From: Balanoglossus misakiensis
Taxonomy: Eukaryota > Animalia > Hemichordata
Length of the DNA: 64,000 nt
Assembly (NCBI GenBank): GCA_040954595.2
Contig: CM082584.2
Span: 2,139,344-2,203,343, forward strand
Direction: 5' to 3'
The notes under the pieces are model-generated. The model was given only the letters and a program-made list of their open reading frames with translations, was not told the DNA's origin and ran no database searches. Positions within the stretch are counted from its first letter, which is position 1; each line of letters starts with the position of its first letter. The position numbers and the translations under genes are program-made. Positions 48,601 to 60,900 of the stretch are shown one piece after another.

Positions 48601-48786
48601 ACAAACACACAAAATGTTGAGTGGTTTACGAGGGTACTCGTTCTAAGCTATTTTCTTCATGATGTTTAGAGATGGCAAAACGTTGACAATAGCAAAGATG
48701 CTGAAAGCCAGTTACCAAACATTCTTTGAGAAATTGTGTTAAAGATGTATGATCAGTAAAATTGAACGTGTTGTTATTTCTCTTAA

Positions 48787-49581
48787 GATGGGTCCCTGGG
48801 ATCTTTTTGCCCGTTGCTATGGGCCTTTATAGGACATTACACCCCGATTTGGACTAAGCCGTTTTCAGAGTCTAACAAGGGGCTGGTAACTAGTTGAAAA
48901 TCTGCACGATTGTGAGCGCGCGCCCCCTGACGCCATTGATATGCAAATTAGCTAGGTCAAATTTCAAAAGCCTAAGGCTTTTTATTCCGTGACCTCAATA
49001 ACGAACTTGATACGTATTCATTAGTTGCTTGAACCAGGGAAGATCGTGACGGATTTTGTTTTCGAATATTATCGTTGTATCCTACGATTTCAGCATACCC
49101 GTACCACACCTGAAAAAGTCATCGATTTTGGGTGTTTTTGGACGCACTCTTCCACTGGTATCGCTTCTTAACACGACGAAAACCGAAAAAACGATCCGTC
49201 ACACTATGCGGAAGTGCGTTCTCAACAAGCAGGTCAAATTTGGCTGGCCTACATCGCCTGTGAAAAAAGCCTTAGGGATTTTTGTGAACGGTACAAAATC
49301 TCTGTGTACAAAACATTGGATTTTTAGCGTTCGATCCAGTTACTGTGGTTACAGGACGCGCACGCTATCGCTGACCGCTGCTTTGCCGTATTAGCGTGGC
49401 GGCCTATGGCCGGGCGGTAGCTGCCGTAAACATACTCAGACAGGGGGTGTGCACACAATCGTGTTTATTTTTAACTAGTTACAAGCCCCTTGTCGGACGT
49501 TCATAACGGTTTCGATCAAAATTGAGTGTAGTGTCCTATAAAGGCCCATAGCAACGAGCAAAAAGATCCCAGGGACCCATC
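48787..49581. mobile_element. Non-autonomous TIR transposon with TTAA flanks (Kolobok-like)
   Basis: ~115-bp imperfect TIRs gatgggtccctgggatctttttgc.. / ..gcaaaaagatcccagggacccatc; TTAA on both sides. Purine-purine termini fit Kolobok better than piggyBac. Confidence 0.75.
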
Positions 49582-49614
49582 TTAATTGTACATTTTTGGT
49601 TTCTCCTTAAATTA

Positions 49615-49969
49615 AATATGGCGTTTACTGTAATTTGAATCATGGGAAAAAAAGCGCCAGGACCAACTTCCGCCCACCATGGTGTGGGTGATACCATTCT
49701 CCGATTGGTGTCACTGGGCGACAGACTAGGCGTATTTTCATAGCTATTGTTTGTTCTTTGCATCAGTTGATAAACAATCATCAGCAAAGTCGAAAATTTG
49801 TCATCTATTGACAGTTTTCATGAGCTATAACCCATGAAAAATATGCAAATACGCTTAGCTTGTGATGCAGTGATACCAATCGGAAAATGGTATCACCCAC
49901 ACCAAGGTGGGCGGAAGTTGGTCCTGGCGCTTTTTTTCCCATGATTCAAATTACAGTAAACGCCATATT
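49615..49969. repeat. Long inverted repeat / foldback
   Basis: ~100-bp near-perfect arms aatatggcgtttactgtaatttgaatcatggg.. / ..cccatgattcaaattacagtaaacgccatatt. Confidence 0.85.
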
Positions 49970-52107
49970 GGAAATTCTGCCAACTTTCCCTAGATTTTGT
50001 AAAAAATCGCGCGACCTATACATGGCGAATATGTTTTTTTTCTGAAAGAGTGACATCAAAGCTACCAAATTATGTAGAAATCAGCTACGCCTGATTTCCC
50101 CTTTAATAGGATAACATGGTGAAAGCAGGCGATCTGATGTCAGATGAAGCAAATTTTTCATGGTATTTTGGAGTTACTGAATGAAGCTAGACTTTGAGGA
50201 TTATTTTTCAGATTTTAGGTTTGCATTTAAAAACAAAACACTTTGTTCTTTGTCCATGTAATGTCTTTAATCATTTTATATGTTTTAAATAAAATTACCT
50301 TTTAAGTGAATTTTATTATGTGAGCAGTTTTTTGTTGATGCACGATGGGAGGAAGTGTATCGGCTTGAAATATGCATTTACCGATTTGTTGCTATTGATC
50401 TGCTTTGAAATGCAGTTGCATCTCAAAGCAGATTAATAGTAACAAATTTACAGCAAAGGTGAATAAGAAGGAAAGGTCAAATCCTGACAATGAAGGATGA
50501 CCCCAGAATTGTGACCTTTGGGGTAATTTAAATATGACCCCAAAATTATTTTGCAAATATTTGCCAACAATGATGACATAATGTATGGTAATTTCTGGAA
50601 GGGTCTGCGTTAAATATATGTAAAAATACCAGGAATGTGAACTCAACTATGCAAATGTAAATGTCTGTGATGATGATGTAACGTATGCTAATAACACAGT
50701 CATGCAAATAGCAAGGAAGATATGCACTGAGAATGTGTACAAATACGTTGGAATGTTTATAGTGTGCACTTGATCTGCATTGGTCTGCGTTGTGCACACC
50801 CGTGATCTTCATAGATATACGTGCACGTATACTAACACATTGGTATGTTCCATATACGTGAATATACGTCACATATACGTGGTGCAGATTGTAGATGTAC
50901 AACTGTGCAGACTATTGTATACTTGCGCATATTCCTAATCTACGTGTCCATATACGTGAAAATACTGAATGTATATCAACCTTTTTGCCCAGTGGGGGGT
51001 ATTCCGAATGTGCCCTTCCTATGATAGCTGCAAAAATTGTAGCCTAGATGGGCTGGTTGATCAAGCCCGTCAGCGATCAACCAGCCCACCAAAGCTACAA
51101 TTATTGGACCTATTCTTATGATAGCTGGATCCATAGGGTAAACTGTACAAAACAAATCATTGTCAGTATAAAATGTGGTAACTTTTGGCTTTTGTTTCTT
51201 CTCATTGAATTTCGACATCGCAAAGAAATTTTATATGTCAGTCAATACTTATAACATTGAAATATGCATGAAGTTGCACAGTTCATATAAATATTACACC
51301 ACTGGCTACTAAGCTATATCATGCCACTTTTATGACCCCTTTTGACCTCCTGATCCTGGAATTTTGTTGGTGTGAGTATACAATTTCGAGTTTACCAACC
51401 ACGCTATTAAATCAATGCATTTTTTCTCATCCTTGAACAAAACTGTTAAACATTGCCTGTGTTAGAAAGATTAGCTGTTGTATTTAACATTGAATGATGA
51501 ATGATGTCAAACCAACAAATCACCAGGATGTAAGGTCACACAGGGGTCATGAAAGAGGCCTGTAAGATACTCTTGTTCTCTGCCCACTTTCTAACCCTGC
51601 TGTCACTACCAGCAGCAGGAATGGGACAGGGGTCCAGGCTATATCTATAGGACTGTTTGCTAACATTAAGTGTGTTTACTTGAGTAAGTTGGGTACTATG
51701 ATAGGAATTGTCACCATTACTGTAGGGGGAGACATGAGTCTACCTGGTTGATTTATATTTTACATGTTGTGCTTAGATTAATAGAAATAATTGATGCATG
51801 GTTACTTAGGAACACTTCCATAACTAGTCTGCATTTTGCCTCTGCCAAATAGTAAAGAAAAAAAAATCAGAGAATAGGCAGAGTAGAAACTAAGCTGCAC
51901 TCCCCTAACAATAAAATGGTTTACCCGTAAGTCTAATGTGATGCATCGTGTCATTCAATTTGTGTCAATAAAATGGCAACCACTTCAGTGTTCAGTGCAA
52001 ACAGTGTGTGACATACCTTTCCACCTGACCAAATCTATTAGAAACACATTTTTTGAAAAGAATTTGTTTTAAAGGGGCAGCTGCTATGACATTTGGGATA
52101 TTAACTA

Positions 52108-52258
52108 CAGTAAAACCTGTCTGAACAGAACACTGAAGGCACTGAAGAAATTGTAAAGGTTCTTTTAATATGTGATTCTATGTCGAAGGGACTGAAACGG
52201 TGTTCAGTATAGACAGGTTTCAAGATTAGACAGGGTTTGGTTTTGACAGGTTTTACTG
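52108..52258. mobile_element. Tc1/pogo-like MITE
   Basis: cagtaaaacctgtc...gacaggttttactg; internal similarity to 44531-44700. Confidence 0.6.
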
Positions 52259-54740
52259 AAGGTTGAAAATTAATTCTATGTGGCCACTGAAGTTTCTTGT
52301 GCTACTCCCAACAATATGTTGGAACCCACAATTTATGTATAAAATACCTTCCACTAAATATTCAAATGTCACCAAAAACATTTGACTCTAAATAAATAAA
52401 TAAATATATTCAATAAACACATATTTTGAAGACAAGTTGCATATTTGCTTGTAAAAGTAGTAAAATCTGTGATAGCATTACACACCCACAGGCAATGTTG
52501 ACAAGTGAAGTAAGGGTATATTAGCATGCTGTTTGGAGTTGTTTTTGTTGTTGTTGTTGTTCCTTTATTCCTCCTCGAAATGAGAAGAGTTACATCAACA
52601 CATTAAATTACAGAGGTACTACTATACTAAATTATATAAGATGGCTTCCGACAAGAAGCATTTCACGGTACTAAATTCAGTTCGCAAGGCATATTTGTAC
52701 AAGGTCCAGCACATTTTCTTGAAGAGTTGCTTGTTCACCAGACTCCTGGTAGTCAACCATGTAAATTCTATCTCCTAAAATATTAGCAATGAAGGCAAGA
52801 TCATTTGAGTTGTAAATTGTTGTAGAAACAGTAATGCTCATTTTGTCGAAAAGACAGTTCCAAAAAGAGTCCCTTGCTGTTGTTGTATGACATTATGACA
52901 TATTAAGATAGACCAATCTAAGTTGTAAAATAAAATCATGAAAATAATGCAAAAGTGGCATCTCTTGAGATTTTATGCAAGGGCAATTGACACATGACCC
53001 ACCACACACGTACTGATAAGAAAGGGAGTATATAAGAACCACGTTGGCAAACATTTTAAGGCAAATATTGACCAGCTGTCATAAAACTGTCAGATATTTT
53101 ATTGCTCTTATAGAGAATGGCCTTCACCTGTATCTGATTACATGTTGGAGTCAGTGAGACTCCATGTGTACCAGCCTCCAGTGTGTAATTGTTATCAGCA
53201 CCGCTCAAGTTAATTCATACTTATTGTATTAAAACTTAAACGTTTACTATTGTTCCTATTAGCCAACATCGATTGAATTGTTATTAATATCAGCGTGTTC
53301 ACACTCACTCATGTACTAAGTAAAGAAGTGTAAATGACATCCCTGTCCACACAAGACCACTATAAAAGTCATAAGTTTGACCTTCCATTAATTAGGTTTC
53401 TGTGACTATTCCCTAGGTATTGTTGTTTTTGATATTCTGATGGTTTAGTTTGAAGTTTATTGACATGCTGTCTGTTCAGCTTGATATGTACAGGTACATA
53501 TCAGAAGCAATTTACTATGAGTCTAAAAGATTAAATACTGTTTGTTATATTGGCTTTACGGGTATAGACTTTGACAGAAACCACTCAACACACTTAATTT
53601 ATAGCTCAGAATGTTTGTTTAGTCGCTAGCAAATAAATAACACTCCACCACAATCAAGTAACAAACAAGCAAACACTTTTCTACCAGATCGCGTTAAAGT
53701 CAGGAATTATCATGAGCTACAGTTTATACAGCTTTTTGGCAAATATTGTAGCAACCATGGTCCTTTTAGAGCGATAGTTTCTGAATTGCCAGAAGATGCT
53801 GTGGTATATTTGCATGTTTTAATTATTAATCAGGCAATTCAAGCTTCCGGGACACAGTACCATTCAGCACATGCGTCTCATAAATGTATGGACATGTAAA
53901 TTTTAAGTGTTACTTTGCCATGCCGATTGGCATTATTTTTTCTACTGCAGATCGCTGCCCTGCGTGAGTGTTGGGTGATTGATGGTGATTCCCTCCGCCG
54001 TTTCGGCTTTTCGTGTAAATCACAGTCGAGGAGTTTACGTGTATTTAATGCATGTTCGCGTGTCCGCTTATTATCCAGAGACTTCAGTGGAGTCGCCTAG
54101 GTGTGACTGTCATAAGGATACCGCTCGAACAAGTATACAGTAAATCATGACATGTTGAGTAGATATTGTATTTCAAGAGATATATTTTAGAAAATTGGGC
54201 CAATGTAGCCTCTACAGGCAGAATTGTGTGTATATTGGAGAGAAAAAAATCATTCAGACTATATTACAGTTCTGTATTCAAACCCATGTCCACGATCCTA
54301 TACATGCAGTGATAGGACAGGCATACATTTCAGGCTCTGTCACGTCACTGTGTCTACAGCACTTTATATAGCTATGTCAACCCAGCTGTCACATATATTG
54401 TGAATGGCTAACGCCATAACGGCATCATCCCTGTATTCTGACTATTCGTAATGGTAATAAAATAGTACTGAAATGACTGGTACGCCATACAGCATTACAA
54501 TCAACAAAAAGTAAAAAATAAATAAAAAAGTAAACAAAAAAAACAGGAAAACATTTTTAAAATACCAATAAAATTATGAAACTACTAGAAGGGGTAACGG
54601 CTGAGAAAGCGAGTAGAAAGACTTGCAAATTAGACTTAGGTGGCGCAGCTTCACCAGCAAACGTCTTCACCCAAGCGCCATTGGAATGCTAATCTCAACA
54701 ACAGATTTTACCTCATTTCAAGCATCAAACTGAAAAAAAA

Positions 54741-57700
54741 TAGCGTCAAGGACACTGTGGTCCCATTTGAGGATTATGCGGAAACAGTGACACACCAGAT
54801 AAAAATTACAGGTGACATTGCTATCAGATATGATCTCACCATATAGAAATATGGAATGTAAAAAAATTAATAAGGAACATGCCCAATAAACTGTCATGTG
54901 TCATGGCAGTCTTACAACTGATGCTAGAAAAAAAATTGACCAAAAATTGTCTGTACAAACACAAATGAGAAGAAACTTCTTTCAGTCAGCCCTGGAACAG
55001 ATACATGTGTTATGAAATTATATCCTAAATTTCAAAGCAATCAGAGAAAAAACAAATTTCAAAGCAATCCAACAAGCAGTTTCACAGAAAATATTTGTTC
55101 AAAAGTGGCAAAAACACAAATATGCAAATATCACCAAAATTTTGCAAATCTTACTTCAATCACTACAAGGAACATGCTGCAAAAGTTCAATGCAATATGA
55201 CAAGCAGTTTCAGACAAAAAAAAATTGACAAAAATTGCAAAAGTTTCCCCGATAACACATTTATGCAGATATCAAATTTTTTTACAGCATATTACTTAGG
55301 TTACCCCTACGAACATGCCTACCAAATTGCAAAGCCATCTGGCATGCGGTTTTAAGGAAAAAAAAAATTGACCAAATATGGCAAATATTGCTCAAAATAA
55401 TAAATATGCAAATTTTGCAACAATTTGAACAAAACTATGGTTACTCAGACAACCATTAGATAGATAGATAGATAGATAGTTTTATTTCACCAGAAAGATG
55501 CATTTTACATAACTGGTGCGGACCAGGGAAGTAGTTCTAGTGGAACTAGTCGTGTCCCTGGCCCTAAATACATACAAATCATTGAAACAATTAATATAAT
55601 TGCCAATTCATATCACAAAACAATAGTTGGTAGTCAAACAACGCAGTGACAAAGTAAACAGGTTTATAAAAGAGGTTAAATTAATATATGCTCAACAGAT
55701 ACATTTTCAGAGAGCTTTTAAATAAGTTCCTTGATTGAATTGATTTTATTTGTGTAGGAATTTCATTCCAATGCTTGGCAATAGAATAGTATAAATTATT
55801 TTGAGATGAAGTAAGTTTTACTTTGGGAAGCGTAAACTTATCAGTAGAGGCAAATCTTGTAAAATATTTGTGTGATACAAATGAAGCATAGCGATCTAGT
55901 GAGTGGGCGTAATGCCCTGCCTTTAGATCATACGCAAAAACACAAGTTTGAAATTTACAGAGTTTGTAAACATTAAGAATTCCAAGTTGCTGAAAAAGTG
56001 GTGCGCTATGTGTATTGGGGCTAGAAAATGTTATAAGTCTTACAAGTCTCTTTTGCAATTTGAAAATACAATCTAAATAGGTTTTATACGCATTTCCCTA
56101 TATTGCGATACAATACATTATATGGGGAAGGATAAGACAATTGTATAATAATAAAATTATAGACTTAGAGAGATAATGGCGTACATATGAAATAATACCG
56201 ATTTTTTGGCTAACCTTCTTAAAGATAATGTTGATGTGAGACTTCCAGGATAATGATGAGTCAAGAGTAACTCCAAGATAAATAGCAGAAGAAACTTTAT
56301 GTAATGGTAAATCAGAGACATATAAATCTCCCTCAGGCTTAAACTTCGCCTGGGCTGTTTTGAAAATAACATAGTTTGTTTTGTCAATATTAATAGTAAG
56401 TTTATTTGACTTACACCAGGTCTGTACTTTAGTTAGCTCAACATTCAGAGTGGCAAGATCAATTTTGTCCTGCTTATCTGAACAAAATAAATTGGTATCG
56501 TCAGCAAATAACCTGAATTGAAAATAGTCTGAGGAACTGCAGATATCATTTATATATACTAAAAAAAGAAGTGGACCTAGAATTGATCCCTGTGAAATCC
56601 CACAGGAGATCCTTTTCGCTTTTGAAGTGCAATTATTGACCTTGACATACTGCTGTCGGTCTTCTATATAAGTCTTAAACCAATTAAGTGTGGATCCCCT
56701 AATCCCATAGTGGCATAGCTTAGCTAACAAAATTGTGTGGTTAATCGTATCAAATGCCTTTTTAAAAACAATAAAGATACCAATGGTAACAAGACCGTTA
56801 TCAATGTGCTTTGATATTTCAGTTGTGAGATCTGCTAAAGCTAACTTAGTACTATATTTCTTACGAAATCCATATTGGCTGTTAGTGAGAATATCAAATT
56901 TTTCGAAAAAAGAACACAGTTGCTTATTTACAATAGACTCATACAGCTTACTAAATATTGGCAAGACAGAGATAGGTCTGTAGTTTCCTATTTCATGAAC
57001 ACAGCCCTTTTTAAAAATTGGTGTTACTCTTGCCATTTTCAGTTTCTCTGGAAAAATACCCTGTGACAAGGAAATATTAACAATATGAGCAAATGGTTCT
57101 GTAATATAATCAGCTGCTTCCTTTACAAGTTTTGGATATATTTCATCAAAACCAGCAGCTTTACAATGGTCTAATAAATTAATTTCTCTGAGTATATCAC
57201 CAGAATGCACAGGATGGAAAAAGAAAGAATTAAAATGACGAATACCAAGGTAATCATTGAAATTAGTGCTACAATGTATTTGTGATGCTAGATTTTGTCC
57301 AATGTTGACAAAAAAAGAATTAAAAGCGTCAGCTATATCAATATTTTAGGAAGCTTCATACTAAATTTCAAAGAAGTAAGCCCATCACTTTGAGAAATGA
57401 AGACTTTTTATTGAATAACATGGAAAAATAAAAAAAAATGCATAAAAAATAGGAAATCGATAATATTAGCTCAAAACATACAGGACTGTATGAGGTTGAT
57501 ATAAGGTACATGCATACCAATTTTCAAATCAATATGACCAGTGGTTGTTGAGTTACCGAGTTTTGTCACATTTTCCCAGCTAATTTGCATATTTTTGGCA
57601 ATGACAACTTCATTTGAACAAACTCCCATCTACAGCCCTGCCTGCATCTACACACCAAATATCAAGGTCATACGCGCTGTGGTTTTCAAGTTGTTGATGT

Positions 57701-57810
57701 GGACGGACATACAGACATACATCCATCCATACATCCATCCATACATCCATCCATACATACAGACGCAATCAATCCCATAAGGTCCCATGGTACATACCAA
57801 TGGGACCTAA
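54741..57810 (-). mobile_element. Older HINE-like element of a different family, split by a LINE
   Basis: Hairpin aggtcccat..atgggacct at 57780-57808 next to a (CATC/CATA)n microsatellite at 57701-57763; matching ggtcccat at 54759-54766 beside a small imperfect hairpin. Confidence 0.5.
55460..57345 (-). mobile_element. 5'-truncated CR1/L2-group (Crack-like) LINE
   Basis: NYRPISVLP, QYGFR, GISQGSILGP, FADD motifs. In-frame TAG at 56098-56100 (likely from TGG) joins track ORFs 56098-57210 and 55681-56058. AATAAA plus (CTAT)n tail; possible TSD ttag. Confidence 0.88.
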
Positions 57811-57974
57811 AAACGTGATAGTGAAATGAAATTTGTCAAACTTGTGGTCATTTTATTTTATCAAATTTCTGCATTTTTATCTGATTGTGGTCTTACCTTC
57901 AAATCACTTGACAAGGTAGGCGACACAATGTTGCATGCTAGGAAGGTGACGATTTTTGACTAAGAGCAGTGTTA

Positions 57975-60900
57975 TTGGGGGCACAAGCGCCCTCAGGCGG
58001 CTTGTGCCCCCATTGTTATTGTTGGAATTTTTCTTTATTATTATTACGGGCCCAAGCCAAGCCAGGCTTGGGCCCGTATTGGTTTCGTTGGAATTTTTAG
58101 GGCCCAAGCGCACGCAAGCGCTTGGGCCCTATTGGTTTCGTTGGAATTTTTCTTTCTTTCTTTCTTTCTTTATTCTTGTGTCAATTCTTTGGGCAACGAG
58201 ATCTCAGACACCGCTGCAGGTACACTTCTCAAACTTGCTACAGTGGTCAAGGTCAATGAGTAGATGTGCAGTGACTTGTGAATACTTAATTAGTCACGTG
58301 ACCTGGCGGCCATATTGGATTTTCTGAAAAAAATCAAATCTCAGATCTCAGAAACTACAAGTCAGATCGACTTCAAATTTGGCATGCAGGTAGACTACCT
58401 TCTACCCATCATTTGTGTAATTGGAAATTTTGCTGTCAATGTTGCAGTTTTTTTGCTACAGTTGTTTTTCTCAAATCTGGCTTAAATTTCAAAAATCTTC
58501 TTCTCCAGAACCAGTGATAACCGAGACACGGGGTTTGGGGTATGTGGTCACCTAACTGATGTCTATCAAGTTTGCGAAGATCATTGTGATTGGTTGAAGA
58601 TTATGGCGGCCATATTGGATTTTCGAAAAACCATAGTAAAACTGCAAAAATCTTCTTCTCCAGAACGACCGATGACTGAGTCGCAAGATTCGGGGAGTAT
58701 GGTCACTACACTGATGTCTATCAAGTTTGCAAAGAGCATTGTGATTGGTCGAAGATTATGGCGGCCATATTGGATTTTGTAAAAAGCAGTGACAAATTGA
58801 AATTCCTTTTTCTAGTCTAAAAATTGATAGCATACAAATTCTTTTTATGGATATCAATCGTCATATGACTACAATATGTTACAATTTTTTGGTGATTTTT
58901 CACATGACCTTTGACCTACTTATCATGCGTTATTATTTCTGCATATCTAATTCCAGGCTAACCTATAGGGCTAGAGGTTTGGTTTTTGATGAATGTGGAT
59001 TAGTGTGTGATCAAAATATTTTGCTACTTTTCATGACCCCTTTGACCTCTGCTGACCTCATTAATTATGTGCATAGCTAATTTCAGGCGAACCAATAGAG
59101 CTAGAGGTTTGATTTTTGTTGGACATGGACCAGTATGGGATCAAAATTTTTGCCCAAATTTTGGGTGACCTCTGGTGACCTTTGACCTACTTTCGCATAT
59201 CTCAGCATCCAGAGCAGATACAGCCATGGCATTTGGCAGGATGGGACCAAAATGTAAAGCACATTTTTTGGTCACCTGTTACACCTGCTGACCTCATTAA
59301 ATATGCACATACCTAATTACAGGCGAACCAATAGAGCTAGAGTTTTGGTTTTTGTTGGACATGGACCAGTATGGTTAAAAAAAATTGCCCAAATGTTGGG
59401 TGACCTCAGGTGACCTTTGACCTACTTCACCCTATTTCAGCAGCAAAAATACATACGTCCTTGTTATGTCATGAGATAATACACCCGATAGAAAATTATA
59501 TTTCTTCTCATTCATACTGTGCATATATAATTCGAGATCAGCGCTTGGGCCCGACAATGCTGCTTGCAGCTTTAATTCTTTCTTTATTCTTATGTCAATC
59601 TTTGCTCTCCTAGATCTCTGAAACGGCTACAGGTACACTTCTCAAACTTGCTACAGTGGTCAAGGTCAATGAGTAGATGTGCAGTGGCTTGTGAATATTT
59701 AATTAGTCACGTGACCTGGCGGCCATATTGGATTTTCTGAAAATCTTTAAATGGCTTCTTCTCAAAAACCACAGGGCCAATCAAGTTCAAATTTGGTGTA
59801 TGGTACACATGTCCTCTGCCCTTCAAAGTTTGACAATAAAATCCTGAGCGGTCACGTGACTTTGGCCGCCATATTGGATTTTCGAAAAAGTACAGTAAAA
59901 TCTTCAAAAATCTTCTTCTCCAGAACCGGCAATAACCGAGTCATGGGATTTAGGGTATGACATCACCTAACTGATGTCTATCAAGTTTGCGAAGAGCGTT
60001 GTGATTGGTCGAAGATTATGGCGGCCATATTGGATTTTGTAAAATCCAGCGAAAATTAAGAAATCATATTTCTAGTCTAAAAATAGATAGCATACAAATT
60101 CTTTTTGTGGATATGAGTCGTCATATGACTAGAATATGTTGCAAATTTTTTGGCAATTTTCACATGACCTTTGACCTACTTTTTTAAGAACCTGCATATA
60201 TGCATATATAGCTCATACTACCTGTTCTAAATGTACCAGAGTTCTGATTTTTGTGCACATTGGTATCACCCCTGCCAGGACCTACCCCAAATATTTTGGT
60301 AATTTTGGCAATGACCTTTGACCTACTTTTGACACATCGTTTTTTCTGCATATCTAATTCCAGGCTAACCTATAGGGCTATCATTTTGGTTTTTGATGTA
60401 TGTGGATTTGTATGTGATCAAAAAATTTCGCTACTTTTCATGACCCCTTTGACCTCTGCTGACCTCATTAAATATGTGCATACATAATTATAGATGAACC
60501 AATAGACCTAGAGGTTTGGTTTCTGTTGGACATGGACCAGTATTGGGTCAAAAAATTTTGCCCAAATGTTGGGTGACCTCGGGTGACCTTTGACCTACTT
60601 TTGCATATCTCGACATCCACAGCAGATACAGCCTTGGCGTTTGGAGGTATGGGGCCATAATGAAAAGCCAAAGTTTTGGGTCACCTGTGACACCTGCTTA
60701 ACTCATTATTTATGTGCATACCTAATTCCGGGCTAACCAAAAGGGCTAGAGGTCTGGTTTTTGTTGGACATGGACCACTATGGGTCAAAATTTTCTGCCC
60801 AAATTTTGGGTGACCTCAGATGACCTTTGACCTACTTAACACTATATCAGCACCAAACATAGATATAACGTTGATATTTCATGGGATAAAACACAGCATT

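Noticed and set aside
53950-54100. Plus-strand exon-like segment (polypyrimidine-CAG ... AG|GTGTGA)
   Set aside because: No recognisable product and no partner exons found.
57890-57970. Minus-strand donor AAG|GTAAGA as the first exon of the ROCO gene
   Set aside because: No convincing start codon or homology; cannot be linked to exon 45623 from sequence alone.
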